The notes under the pieces were generated by a model. It saw nothing but the letters and a program-made list of their open reading frames with translations, had not been told where the DNA came from and did no database searches. A stretch of 56,515 nucleotides of DNA, from the NCBI GenBank assembly GCA_044222065.1, contig JBGAOA010000013.1, forward strand, positions 1 to 56,515, read 5' to 3'. This stretch comes from Candidatus Eiseniibacteriota bacterium (GTDB lineage: Bacteria > Eisenbacteria > RBG-16-71-46). This document shows, in pieces, positions 11,497-21,043 of the stretch; position 1 is the stretch's first letter, and each line of letters begins with the position of its first letter. The position numbers and the translations under genes are program-made.

Positions 11497-12669
11497 ATGA
11501 CTGCGCCCTCAGCCCGCTCCGCTCCGGGGCGGGTGCTCGTCACGGACGGTGAGTTCAAGCACAGCCTCGGGATCGTGCGGCACCTCGCGGATCGAGGGCA
11601 CGAGGTGCACCTGCTCGCGCGCTCCTCGCGCGCGCCGGCGGCGCACTCGCGGGCCGTTCGCGCGTGGCGGGCGGTTCCGGCGACGGGCGATCCGGCGTAC
11701 GGCGAAGCGTTGCTCGGCGCCATCCGCGCGCTCGCCCCCGTGAGCGTCGTGCTCGTCGGCAGCGGCGCGTTCGCGGCGGCCGACGCGCTTCGGGACTCCT
11801 GGCCGGCGGGCGGCCCCAGGGCGCTGCCGTCGGCCGACTCGTTCGCGATCGCGAACGACAAGTCGCGCACGGCCGAACTCGCGCGCTCGCTCGGCGTGCG
11901 CGTGCCGCGGGAGCGGCGGCTCGGGAGCGCGGCCGACGCGAGCTCGGCGTTCGCGGAGTTCGGCGCGCCGCTCGTCGTGAAGTCGGCGCGCGAGGAAGGT
12001 CGCAAGGTGCTGCGCTACGCGCGCTCGGCCGACGAGGCCGCGGCGGCCTACGAAGCGGTGCGCGCGGCCGCGAGCGCCGGCGTGCTCGCGCAGGAGTACG
12101 TGCGGGGCGAAGGCTACGGCTTCTCGGCGCTCTACTGGAACGGGACCCGCGTGCGCGGGTTCATGCACCGGCGCGTGCGCGAGTGGCCGCCGACGGGCGG
12201 CACGAGCGCGTGCGCCGAGAGCGTGCCCGAATGCGCCGAGCTGGAACGCGCGGGCGGCGCGATCCTCGATGCGCTCCGCTGGCACGGCGTGGCGATGGTC
12301 GAATTCAAGGGCCGGCCCGAGCCGGGCGGACTCGCGCTCATGGAAGTGAACGCCAAGTTCTGGGGCTCGCACGACGTCGCGCTCGCGGCCGGCGCGGACA
12401 TTCCGTCGGCGCTCGTCGCGCTGCTCGAGGGCCGCGATCCGGGGCCCGCGCCGCGCGTCCGGCCCGTGCGCTTCTCGTGGCCGTTCGGCGGCGACCTGTG
12501 GCACGGGCTGTTCGCGCCGTCCACGCTGCCGCGCGTGCTGTGGGACGCGGTGTCGCCCGCGGTCGCGCATCCGTACCGCTTCTCGGATCCCGCGCCGCTC
12601 GCGTACGAGATCGCGCAGTGGGTGCGCGGCACGCCCGGCGCGTGGCGCGAGCGCCGCGAGCTGCGATGA
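11497..12669 (+). CDS. ATP-grasp domain protein (carboxylate-amine ligase type)
   Basis: VLVTDG, ANDK, PLVVK, LAQEYVRG, GVAMVEFK, LMEVNAKFWGS. Confidence 0.85.
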   Translation: MTAPSARSAPGRVLVTDGEFKHSLGIVRHLADRGHEVHLLARSSRAPAAHSRAVRAWRAVPATGDPAYGEALLGAIRALAPVSVVLVGSGAFAAADALRDSWPAGGPRALPSADSFAIANDKSRTAELARSLGVRVPRERRLGSAADASSAFAEFGAPLVVKSAREEGRKVLRYARSADEAAAAYEAVRAAASAGVLAQEYVRGEGYGFSALYWNGTRVRGFMHRRVREWPPTGGTSACAESVPECAELERAGGAILDALRWHGVAMVEFKGRPEPGGLALMEVNAKFWGSHDVALAAGADIPSALVALLEGRDPGPAPRVRPVRFSWPFGGDLWHGLFAPSTLPRVLWDAVSPAVAHPYRFSDPAPLAYEIAQWVRGTPGAWRERRELR

Positions 12670-12718
12670 CGCGGTCCGCGCGTGGCTCCGCGGCGCGGAG
12701 TGTGCGAGTTTCCGCGCG

Positions 12719-13441
12719 ATGAGCTGGACGTTCGTCGTTCACTGCCACACGAAGCACTCGTTCGACTCGCGCGTCGAACCCGAAGCGCTCGCGCGCCACG
12801 CGGCCGCGCTCGGCGTCCACGTGCTCGCGGTCACCGACCACGACTCCTGGCGGGGTGCGGTCGAGACGCGCGAGGCGGCCGAACGCCTCGGCCTGCCGCT
12901 CCGCGTCGTGCTCGCGACCGAGGCCGCGACCGACCAGGGCGACGTGATCGGGCTGTTCCTGCGCGAGGACCTGAAGGACCTGCACGCGACGCGCTTCTGC
13001 GACACCGTGCACGCGCAGGGCGGTCTCGTGCTGCTGCCGCATCCGTACAAGTGGCACCGGCTCGACGACGCGCTGCTCGAGCGCGTGGACCTGGTCGAGA
13101 TCTACAACGGCCGCACCGCGCGCGCCGACAACACGCGCGCCGCGGAGCTGGCGCTCAAGCTCGGCAAGGCGGAACTCGTCGGGCCCGACGCGCATCGGCT
13201 CGGCGAACTGCACCTCGCGCGCGTCGAGTTCGAGGGCGACCTCCCGGCCGACGAAGACGCGCTCAAGCACGCGCTGATGCACGCGCCGCGGCGCTTCGTG
13301 ACGCGGCCCGGGACGATCTGGAACGAGTGGCTGAGCCAGGCGGTGAAGTGGACGCGCCGCCCGTCGCTCGTCGGCGCGGTGATCCTCGCGCGCGGCGCCG
13401 TGCGCCGGCTCGTGAAGCCGCGGGAGTACGAGCTGTGGTGA
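12719..13441 (+). CDS. PHP-domain phosphoesterase
   Basis: HCHT..SFDS, VTDHD, PHPY, EIYNGR, DAH. Confidence 0.85.
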   Translation: MSWTFVVHCHTKHSFDSRVEPEALARHAAALGVHVLAVTDHDSWRGAVETREAAERLGLPLRVVLATEAATDQGDVIGLFLREDLKDLHATRFCDTVHAQGGLVLLPHPYKWHRLDDALLERVDLVEIYNGRTARADNTRAAELALKLGKAELVGPDAHRLGELHLARVEFEGDLPADEDALKHALMHAPRRFVTRPGTIWNEWLSQAVKWTRRPSLVGAVILARGAVRRLVKPREYELW

Positions 13442-14592
13442 GCGCCGGGTCCGACGCCGTGGCCGCGGCGGACGCCGCACGCTTCCGCGGCCGCGCGCTC
13501 CGCGTGCTGCACGGCACGTACGAGATCGCGGGGCAGGGCATGATGCTCGCGCGCGCGCTCGCGCTCGCCGGCTGCGACGCGCATTCGTTCGCCTACCGCG
13601 TGGACTGGGACGGCCGCGTTCCCGACCTCGTCGTGCCGCTCGACGAGCGCCCGAACGGGCTCGCGCGCTTCGCCGCGATGGGCGCCGCGTTCGCCGCGCA
13701 CGCCGCTCGATTCGACGTCCTGCACTTCCACTTCGGGACGTCGTTCTTCTACGGCACGAAGTCGTTCCTGCGCGCCGTCCAGGCGCTCGAGCTGCGCGCG
13801 CTGCGCGCGATGGGCAAGACGATCGCGTTCCACTTCCACGGCTGCGAGGTGCGGCGCCGCGACCACATGCGCCGCACGCACCCGCTCGCGACCTGCACGG
13901 AGTGCGAGCCGTTCTGCGATCCCGCGCACCAGGACGAGCTGCGCGCGCGCGCCGCCGCGTTCGCGGACCTCGTGTTCTTCTCGACGCTCGATCTCGCGGA
14001 GTCGGTGCCGAACGGGCGCCACCTGCCGCTCGCGATCGAGGCCGCGCGCTGGGAGGAGGCCGCGCTCGCGCACGAGGCCGCGCGCGCCGACGGCCCGCCC
14101 CGCGACGGCGTGCACGGCCCGGTCGTGATCGCGCACGCGCCGACGAACCGGCTCATCAAGGGCACGCGCCACGTCGAGGCGGCGGTGGCGGCGCTGTCGC
14201 GAGAGTTCCCGAAGCTCGAACTGCGCATGATCGACCGGCGGCCGTGGGCGACGATGCCGGCGTTCCTCGCCGAGTGCGACGTGCTCGTGGACCAGGTCTT
14301 CATGGGCTGGTACGGCCTGCTCGCGATCGAGGGCATGGCCGAGCGCAAGGCCGTCGTCGCGTACCTGCGCGACGACTTCCGCGACCGGCTCTCGGGCTGC
14401 CCGGTCGTGAGCGCCGAGCCCGCGACGCTCGCGGACGCGCTGCGGCCGCTCGTCGCCGAGCCCGCGCGCCGCGCGGCGCTCGGGGCGGACGGCGCCGCGT
14501 ACGTGCGCCGCACGCACGATCTCGCGGTCGTCGGGCGCACGCTGCTCGCGCACTACCGCGAGGCGCTCGAGCGCCGGGGCGGTGGCGCGTGA
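13438..14592 (+). CDS. Glycosyltransferase (GT-B, family 1/4-like)
   Basis: DVLHFHF, FHGCEVR, HAPTNRLIKGT, DQ..MGWYG.LAIEGM; GTGA overlap with upstream stop. Confidence 0.8.
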   Translation: MSAGSDAVAAADAARFRGRALRVLHGTYEIAGQGMMLARALALAGCDAHSFAYRVDWDGRVPDLVVPLDERPNGLARFAAMGAAFAAHAARFDVLHFHFGTSFFYGTKSFLRAVQALELRALRAMGKTIAFHFHGCEVRRRDHMRRTHPLATCTECEPFCDPAHQDELRARAAAFADLVFFSTLDLAESVPNGRHLPLAIEAARWEEAALAHEAARADGPPRDGVHGPVVIAHAPTNRLIKGTRHVEAAVAALSREFPKLELRMIDRRPWATMPAFLAECDVLVDQVFMGWYGLLAIEGMAERKAVVAYLRDDFRDRLSGCPVVSAEPATLADALRPLVAEPARRAALGADGAAYVRRTHDLAVVGRTLLAHYREALERRGGGA

Positions 14593-15944
14593 CGATCCGG
14601 TTCGTGCTCGCGAGCGCCGCGTGCGATGCGGCCGAACCGCGCTGGGCGCTCACGCAGATCGCGCCGCTCCTCGATGCGCGCTGGAGCCGCTGCCGCTTCG
14701 ATTCCGACGCGGCGCGCGCGGCGTTCGCGGGCGACGATCCGCTCGTGTGGGTCGGTCCCGAGTCCGAAGCGCCGCCGGGCGCGGCCGCGGTCGTCGTCGT
14801 CGAGGACTGGCCGAAGTGGCGGCCCGAGGACGTGAAGCTCGGCGCGTTCGAGCGCGTGCCGCTGCCGTGCCCGGGCGGCGCGTGCCCGCCGCCGGCCGAT
14901 CCGCGCGTGCTGCCCGCGCCGTGGCTGCGCGCGATCGCGTGGACGATGAGCCGCGAGGAGGAGTACGACGATCCGCGCCGCGACCAGTGGACGTGCTACG
15001 CGGGCGGCTACACGCGGCTCCACGAACTCGGCGTGCTCGAGCGGCCGATCGTGAACGAACTCGTCGAGCGGCTGCGCGCGCGCCTCGATCACTGGGCGGC
15101 GGCGCGCGGCCGCACGCTCGAACGCGTGCCGCGCTGGAAGGGCGGCGCGCGCTTCGCGGCGACGCTGTCGCACGACGTGGACGACACGTCGCTGCATTCG
15201 CTGCCGCAGGCGCTTCGGCTGCTCGCGCGCGCTCGCTCGCCGCGCTCCTACGCCGCGCGCGCCGGACTCGCCGCCGCCGTGCGCGCGCTGCGCGCCGGCC
15301 GCACCGTGGATCCGTACTGGAACATCGAGGGCCGGCGCACGACCGTGCGCGAGCTGTTCCGCACGCTCGCCGCACGCGGCTTCGAGGTCGGGCTCCACGG
15401 CTCGTACGAGACGTTCCGCGACGGCGCCGAACTCGTGCGGCAGAAGGCGCAGGTCGAAGCCGCGATCGGCGCGCCGCTCGCGGGCACGCGCCAGCACTTC
15501 TTGCGCTGGGACGTCCGCGTGACGCCGCGCGCGCACGCCGAGGCGCGCTTCGCGTACGACGCGACGCTCGGCTACAACGAGTCGCCGGGATTCCGCTGCG
15601 GCGTCGCCGCGCCGTTCGAGTGGCTCGACCGCGGCACGGGCGCGGCGCTCGACCTGCTCGAGGTGCCGATGACCTGCATGGACGGCGCGCTCTTCCGCAC
15701 TCTGCGGCTCGATGCCGCGGGCGCCACGGCGCGCGTGCTCGACCAGCTCGCCACCGTGGAATCCGTCGGCGGGCTCGCCGGGCTGCTGTGGCATCCGAAC
15801 GCCGCGGCCGAGTCCGTGTTTCCCGGCTGGTGGCCCCCGTACGTCGCCGCCCTCGACCGGCTCGCCGAGCGCGGCGCCTGGGTCGCGCCCGCGGCCGAGG
15901 TCGCGGGCTGGTGGCGGGAGAGGAACGCAAGCCTGCGCGCGTGA
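14589..15944 (+). CDS. Polysaccharide deacetylase-family protein
   Basis: SHDVD, EVGLHGSY, RQHFLR, YDATLGY..PGFRCG, EVPMTCMD, LWHPN. Confidence 0.8.
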   Translation: MTIRFVLASAACDAAEPRWALTQIAPLLDARWSRCRFDSDAARAAFAGDDPLVWVGPESEAPPGAAAVVVVEDWPKWRPEDVKLGAFERVPLPCPGGACPPPADPRVLPAPWLRAIAWTMSREEEYDDPRRDQWTCYAGGYTRLHELGVLERPIVNELVERLRARLDHWAAARGRTLERVPRWKGGARFAATLSHDVDDTSLHSLPQALRLLARARSPRSYAARAGLAAAVRALRAGRTVDPYWNIEGRRTTVRELFRTLAARGFEVGLHGSYETFRDGAELVRQKAQVEAAIGAPLAGTRQHFLRWDVRVTPRAHAEARFAYDATLGYNESPGFRCGVAAPFEWLDRGTGAALDLLEVPMTCMDGALFRTLRLDAAGATARVLDQLATVESVGGLAGLLWHPNAAAESVFPGWWPPYVAALDRLAERGAWVAPAAEVAGWWRERNASLRA

Positions 15945-16143
15945 GGCGGTTCGCGCGCCGGGCGAACCTCGGGCCCCGGGTTCTCGTTCCCTCTTTCGGA
16001 CGCCGCCTCGGAATTCGACCGGTCGCGCCGTCCTCGCTTTCGGCCCGCTCCGAGCGGCTCGGAGCTTGGCCCGCGGGCGCGAGAGGACTAGGCTTCTCCG
16101 CGATTCCCCCAGCCGCAGCGTCCTTTCAATTCGAGGTGGGCCC

Positions 16144-18672
16144 ATGGTCCCCGGTTCCCTTCGCCGTCGCGGTCCGATCGCGAGCGCACTCGCGATCTCG
16201 ACGCTCCTCGTTTCGCTGTCCACCGCCGCGCACGCGGCGCTCGAATACCAGCCTCCGGTTCTGTACTACGCCGGTGCGAGTCCGTCGCACATCGTGCTCG
16301 GTGACGTGACGGGCGACGCGCGGCCCGACGCCGTGTCGCTGCCCGCGAGCGGCGACCAGGTCATGACGCTCGTCAACCAGGGCGACGGCACCTTCGCCGA
16401 GGGCCTCGTGTTCGGCGTCACCGGGGCGATCGATCTCGCTGTGGGACCGCTCGACGGCGACGCGTTCGCGGATCTCGTCGTGGCGAGTGCGCAAGACACC
16501 ACGGGGTCGGGAGGCGGTCCGGCCGGCGGTCTCGTGCTGCACGTGTTCCACTCGAACGGTGACGGCACGTACGCGTCGCTCGCCGACTTCGTGATCGGTG
16601 AGGTTCTGAGGGGGCTGCAACTCGGCGACGTCGACAACGACGGCGACCTCGACATCGTCGTGAGCCGCACCAAGGTCGATCCCTTCCCGGCCCACGACCT
16701 GCTCGTGATCCGCAACGACGGCGGAACGTTCGCGAGTCCTCTGTCGTTTCCCGCCGCGCTCGCGGTCGGGCTCCGCCTCGCCGACTTGAATGCCGACGGA
16801 AACCTGGACGCGCTGCTCGGCGAGAACGTCTCGATCGCGCTGTATGGAAACGGCGACGGGTCGTTCGCAACGCCGGTCGCGATCGGGCCGTTCGAGGGCC
16901 TGAGCTCCGTGCCCGCCGACTTCGACGGCGACGGCGACCTCGATTTCGCTGTCAACGACGAGACGGGCGTCACGCTCCAGATGAACGACGGCAGTGGCCA
17001 GTTCATCCCCGGCGATCGGGCGATGTTCTACGCCTACTCGAACACGCTGTTCGCTGCCGACCTCGACGGCGACGGCGACCAGGACGTGTGTACGGCGAGC
17101 TACGACCTCGCGCGCGTGAGCGCGTTCCGGGGCACCGGCAGCGCGTCACTCGAGCTGCCCGTGCTGTACTTCTCGACGCTCAGCACGCCGCGCGTCGTGA
17201 CCGGCGCCGACCTGAACGGCGACGGCACGCCGGACCTCGTCACGACGAACTACGGATACTCCGGCACGATGTCGGTGCTGATCGGCGGGTTCTTCAACGG
17301 TTGCGGCCGCACGGACGTCACGACGGCGCCCGGCAACACGATGATCGCGATCGCCGACTTCAACGCCGACGGCTTCGAGGACGTCGTGTCCTCCACGCAG
17401 GACCATCGCGCGGTGATGATGTTCGGCAACGGCGCGGGCGTGTTCGCGAACCCGGTGTCGTTCCCGGCCGGCACGCTCTGTCAGGGGATCGTCGCGGCGG
17501 ACTTCAACGGTGACCAGCTGCCCGACTTCGCCGTCGCGGACTACGGCGAGAGCCGCGTCGAGGTGCGGCTCAATCTGCTGGGCCACGACTTCTCGGCGGC
17601 GTCCCTGATCCCGACGGGCTACCACCCGCGCTTCGTGATCGCGCCGGACGTGAACCGCGACGGGCGCGCGGATCTCGTGACCGCCGACTACGGGGACGCG
17701 ATCTCCCCCGGCAGCATCACCGTGCGGTTCGGCAACGGCGACGGCACGTTCGGAGCCGCGACGACGTACGAATCGGGCGTCGGACCCTACGGCGTGTGGG
17801 CGGCCGATCTGAACGGCGACAGCTACCCGGACATCGTGGTGACGAACTACGACGAGGCGTCGCTGAGCGTCTTCATCAATCGCAAGGACGGCAGGTTCGA
17901 CCGCACGTCGGTGATCCCGAACCGCTGGAACCTCGGCGCCGCGCTCGCGGACTTCGACAGCGACGGCGACGTGGACGTCGTGACGTGCAACTTCAAGGAG
18001 AACTCGCTCACGCGCTTCACGAACGACGGCACGGGCGCCCTGACGTGGACGCGCGAGCTCCCGGTCGGCCAGAACCCGCGCTACGTTGTGCCGACGGTGC
18101 TCGACACGGACGGCCGCATGGACCTCGCGGTCGTCATCAATGGCTCGTCGCAGGTGAAGCTGCTCGCGAACGACGGCGACTCGACGTTCGTGGACAAGGC
18201 GACGTGCGTCGTGGGCGCGAACCCGTTCTCGATCGCGACGCTCGACATCGACCGCAACGGGGCGCTCGACGTCGTGACGGGCAACGCCGGCGGCGGCAGC
18301 ATCACGCTGCTGCGCGAGATCGCGCCGGCCGGCAGCAACTGGAACTCGGTCCACGCGCGCTTCCCGATGAAGCCGCTGCACGACCCGTCGCGCCAGCTCG
18401 CCGAGTTCGAACCGGTGCGGCCGAACCCGTCGCAGATCGCGCCGACCGCCGCGTTCCACCTCGAGAAGGCCGCCACCGTGGACCTGCGCGTCTTCGACCT
18501 CTCGGGCCGGATGATCCGCACGCTCGCCTCGCGCTCGTTCGGCGTCGGCGACCACGCGGTCGTGTGGGATCGCGCGGACGACGCGGGCCGGCAGGTGCGT
18601 CCGGGGCTGTACTTCGTGCGCATGCGCGCGGCCGGCGTCGAGACCACGCGCACCGTCGTGCTCGCACAGTAG
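16144..18672 (+). CDS. Secreted FG-GAP/VCBS repeat protein with C-terminal FlgD/T9SS-like domain
   Basis: Signal peptide; many DxDGDGDLD repeats; C-terminal PNP...VFDLSGRMIRTL...WDRADDAG...GLYFVR. Confidence 0.88.
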   Translation: MVPGSLRRRGPIASALAISTLLVSLSTAAHAALEYQPPVLYYAGASPSHIVLGDVTGDARPDAVSLPASGDQVMTLVNQGDGTFAEGLVFGVTGAIDLAVGPLDGDAFADLVVASAQDTTGSGGGPAGGLVLHVFHSNGDGTYASLADFVIGEVLRGLQLGDVDNDGDLDIVVSRTKVDPFPAHDLLVIRNDGGTFASPLSFPAALAVGLRLADLNADGNLDALLGENVSIALYGNGDGSFATPVAIGPFEGLSSVPADFDGDGDLDFAVNDETGVTLQMNDGSGQFIPGDRAMFYAYSNTLFAADLDGDGDQDVCTASYDLARVSAFRGTGSASLELPVLYFSTLSTPRVVTGADLNGDGTPDLVTTNYGYSGTMSVLIGGFFNGCGRTDVTTAPGNTMIAIADFNADGFEDVVSSTQDHRAVMMFGNGAGVFANPVSFPAGTLCQGIVAADFNGDQLPDFAVADYGESRVEVRLNLLGHDFSAASLIPTGYHPRFVIAPDVNRDGRADLVTADYGDAISPGSITVRFGNGDGTFGAATTYESGVGPYGVWAADLNGDSYPDIVVTNYDEASLSVFINRKDGRFDRTSVIPNRWNLGAALADFDSDGDVDVVTCNFKENSLTRFTNDGTGALTWTRELPVGQNPRYVVPTVLDTDGRMDLAVVINGSSQVKLLANDGDSTFVDKATCVVGANPFSIATLDIDRNGALDVVTGNAGGGSITLLREIAPAGSNWNSVHARFPMKPLHDPSRQLAEFEPVRPNPSQIAPTAAFHLEKAATVDLRVFDLSGRMIRTLASRSFGVGDHAVVWDRADDAGRQVRPGLYFVRMRAAGVETTRTVVLAQ

Positions 18673-18686
18673 CGGCGCACACGACG

Positions 18687-18719
18687 CGGGCCCGCGAGGC
18701 GTCGCGCCTCGAGGGCCCG
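18687..18719. terminator. Hairpin between convergent genes
   Basis: cgggccc(g)cgaggcg / cgcctcg(a)gggcccg followed by ttcgttt. Confidence 0.6.
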
Positions 18720-18730
18720 TTCGTTTGCGC

Positions 18731-21043
18731 TCAGAACTCGACGCGCGCGCCGAGCAGCCAGTTGCGCGTCGCGGCCGGCGTGAACACGGGCTCGAGCAGG
18801 TCGAAGTCGTAGTAGCCGCCGGTCTCGTAGCGCGCATCGAGCGCGTTGAACACGCGCAGCGTGAGTTCGGCGGCCGAGCCCGCGACGCGCGTGCGCGCCG
18901 AGGCCGTGAGGTCGAGCGTCGTGCGAGGCGCGATGCTCACGGGCCGGCTCTCCGAGTTGTCGAGCCAGATGCGCCCCGCGTGCTGGACCGAAGCGCCGAG
19001 CGCGAACGCGCGCCACGCGAGCGTGCCCGCGACGTTCGCGAGCCGGTCGGGGAAGTAGGCGAGCGCGTTGCCGTCGTAGCTCACCTCGTCCGCCGCCGTC
19101 GGGCCGTAGCGCTCGCGGTACTCGACGAAGTGGTTGTCCGCGAGCGACGCGTTCGCATCGAGCGCGAACGACGCGCCGCGGGCGAGCGGCCACGCGCCGC
19201 GCGCGGCCAGTTCCACGCCCTGGTGCACGCTCGCCGCGGCGTTCCCGAGGATCGGGTAGCCGAGGTCGGTGTCGTACTGCCCGGCGTAGACGAGTTCGTC
19301 GCGGAAGTCCATGCGGTAGAGGTTCGCGCTCGCGTTCAGCGCGGCGCCCGCGCCGCCCGGCTCGCCGCGCCGCCACGAGGCGCCCGCTTCCCACGCGTTC
19401 ACGCGCTCGGGCCGCACGAGCGGATCCGCGTAGACGTTGTTCGCGAGGTCGCGCACGCGGTAGAGCGGCACGCTGCCCGGCCCCTCGGCGTCGTACAGGT
19501 CGCGGAACGCCGGCTCGCGGCGCGCGTTCGACCACGACGCGAACGCCGAGACGTCGCGCCGCGGCGTCCACGTGAGGCCGAGGCGCGGGAGGCCGAAGTC
19601 GTAGGGCTGGTCGAAGCGGATGCCGTCGAAGCGGTCGTCGCGCATCGCGTAGGACTGGTGCCGCCACGCGAGGTCGCCCGTGACGAGCAGCGCCGGCGCC
19701 GCGTTCCACTCCTCGCGCACGAACAGCCCGGCCGCGAGCGTGCGCGGGTGGTAGTCGTAGTACGCGTGGTTCGGCGCGGTGCCGAACGGCAGCGGCGCGC
19801 CGGCGATCACCTCGCCGAAGTGCCGCCCGTCGTGCGCGCGCAGTTCGCCGCCCACGGTGAGCGCGCCGCCCGGGTGATCGATGCGCGCGCGCGGCACCCA
19901 GCCGAAGTGCCGGTTCACGACCGTGCGCCGCCGCACGAGGTCGAAGCGCTCGATCGTGAAGCGGCCGCCCGAGTCCTCGGCGAGCGAGCCGTCCGGGTTC
20001 TGTGCGTAGTAGTCGCGCGGCGCGAGCGTCGAGTCCGCCGTGACGATGTCCAAGAGCCGGTAGTCCGCGAGCGCGCGGCCCGCTCTCCGCTCGTCGTAGA
20101 AGCCCTTGCCGTCGAACCAGAAGAACGTCTGCGACAGCGCGAGGCCCGTGCGCGGCGACCACGTGTGGAGCAGCTCGTAGTGCGGCTCGAAGAAGTGGTC
20201 GCGTTCGTTCGCGTAGGTGATCGGATTGAAGCGCCGGTCGCGGTCCGGGTCCCCCGTGATCGCGCCGTCGAGCGTCGAACGCGGCACGCCGAGGTAGGCG
20301 AGGTGCGTCTCTTCGGGACCGCCGTAGAGCGTGACGCGGAACGACTGCGCGCCCGTCTCCTTCCGCGCCGAGAGCGCGTACGACCAGAGCTTCGACCACG
20401 ACTGGTCGCGATAACCCAAAGTCTCGATGCGCGAGTAGCGGCCGTAGAGGTCGAAGCCGCCCGGGAGCCGTCCCGAAGACTGCTCGAGCACGAGCCGCTT
20501 CGTGTCGAACGAGCCGTACGACACGCTCGCCGACGCGTGCGGGTCGGCCGTGAACGGCGACGTCTCGACGTGCACGCTGCCGCCGAGCGAGGCGGCGCCG
20601 TAGAGCGCCGAGCCGACGCCGCGCTGCACCTCGACGCTGCTCGTCGAGGCGAGCAGGTCGGGATGGTCGATCCAGTAGACCTCGTGCGACTCGGGGTCGT
20701 TCAGCGGCACGCCGTTCACGAGCACGCTGATGCGGCGCTGCGGGAAGCCGCGGATCGCGAGGTACGAGTAACCGATGCCGTTGCCCGCGTCCGAGTAGGC
20801 GTAGGCGCCCGGCAGCGTCGCGAGCGCCATCGGCGTGTCCTGGCCCCAGTTCTTCGCGACGAGGTCCCTGCGCGTGAGGGACGCGCGCGCGAACGGCGCG
20901 CGCTCGCCGACGCGCGTCGTACTCACTTCCTGCTCGGGCAGCGTGAGCACGGTGTCGAGCGTGGCCTCGCCGGCGTGCGCGGCGCCGGCAAGCGCGAGCG
21001 ATGCGGTGAGCGCGGCCGCGAGCGGGAAGAGGCGTGTCGTCAT
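18731..21043 (-). CDS. TonB-dependent receptor, probably for thiamine or a precursor
   Basis: Signal peptide; plug motifs IRGF..RISVLVNGVPLND and VQRGVGSALYG; C-terminal Phe; downstream of a TPP riboswitch. Confidence 0.9.
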   Translation of the reverse strand: MTTRLFPLAAALTASLALAGAAHAGEATLDTVLTLPEQEVSTTRVGERAPFARASLTRRDLVAKNWGQDTPMALATLPGAYAYSDAGNGIGYSYLAIRGFPQRRISVLVNGVPLNDPESHEVYWIDHPDLLASTSSVEVQRGVGSALYGAASLGGSVHVETSPFTADPHASASVSYGSFDTKRLVLEQSSGRLPGGFDLYGRYSRIETLGYRDQSWSKLWSYALSARKETGAQSFRVTLYGGPEETHLAYLGVPRSTLDGAITGDPDRDRRFNPITYANERDHFFEPHYELLHTWSPRTGLALSQTFFWFDGKGFYDERRAGRALADYRLLDIVTADSTLAPRDYYAQNPDGSLAEDSGGRFTIERFDLVRRRTVVNRHFGWVPRARIDHPGGALTVGGELRAHDGRHFGEVIAGAPLPFGTAPNHAYYDYHPRTLAAGLFVREEWNAAPALLVTGDLAWRHQSYAMRDDRFDGIRFDQPYDFGLPRLGLTWTPRRDVSAFASWSNARREPAFRDLYDAEGPGSVPLYRVRDLANNVYADPLVRPERVNAWEAGASWRRGEPGGAGAALNASANLYRMDFRDELVYAGQYDTDLGYPILGNAAASVHQGVELAARGAWPLARGASFALDANASLADNHFVEYRERYGPTAADEVSYDGNALAYFPDRLANVAGTLAWRAFALGASVQHAGRIWLDNSESRPVSIAPRTTLDLTASARTRVAGSAAELTLRVFNALDARYETGGYYDFDLLEPVFTPAATRNWLLGARVEF

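Noticed and set aside
11497..12669. ATP-grasp as a graspetide RiPP maturase
   Set aside because: The context is glycosyltransferase/deacetylase and I saw no precursor nearby.
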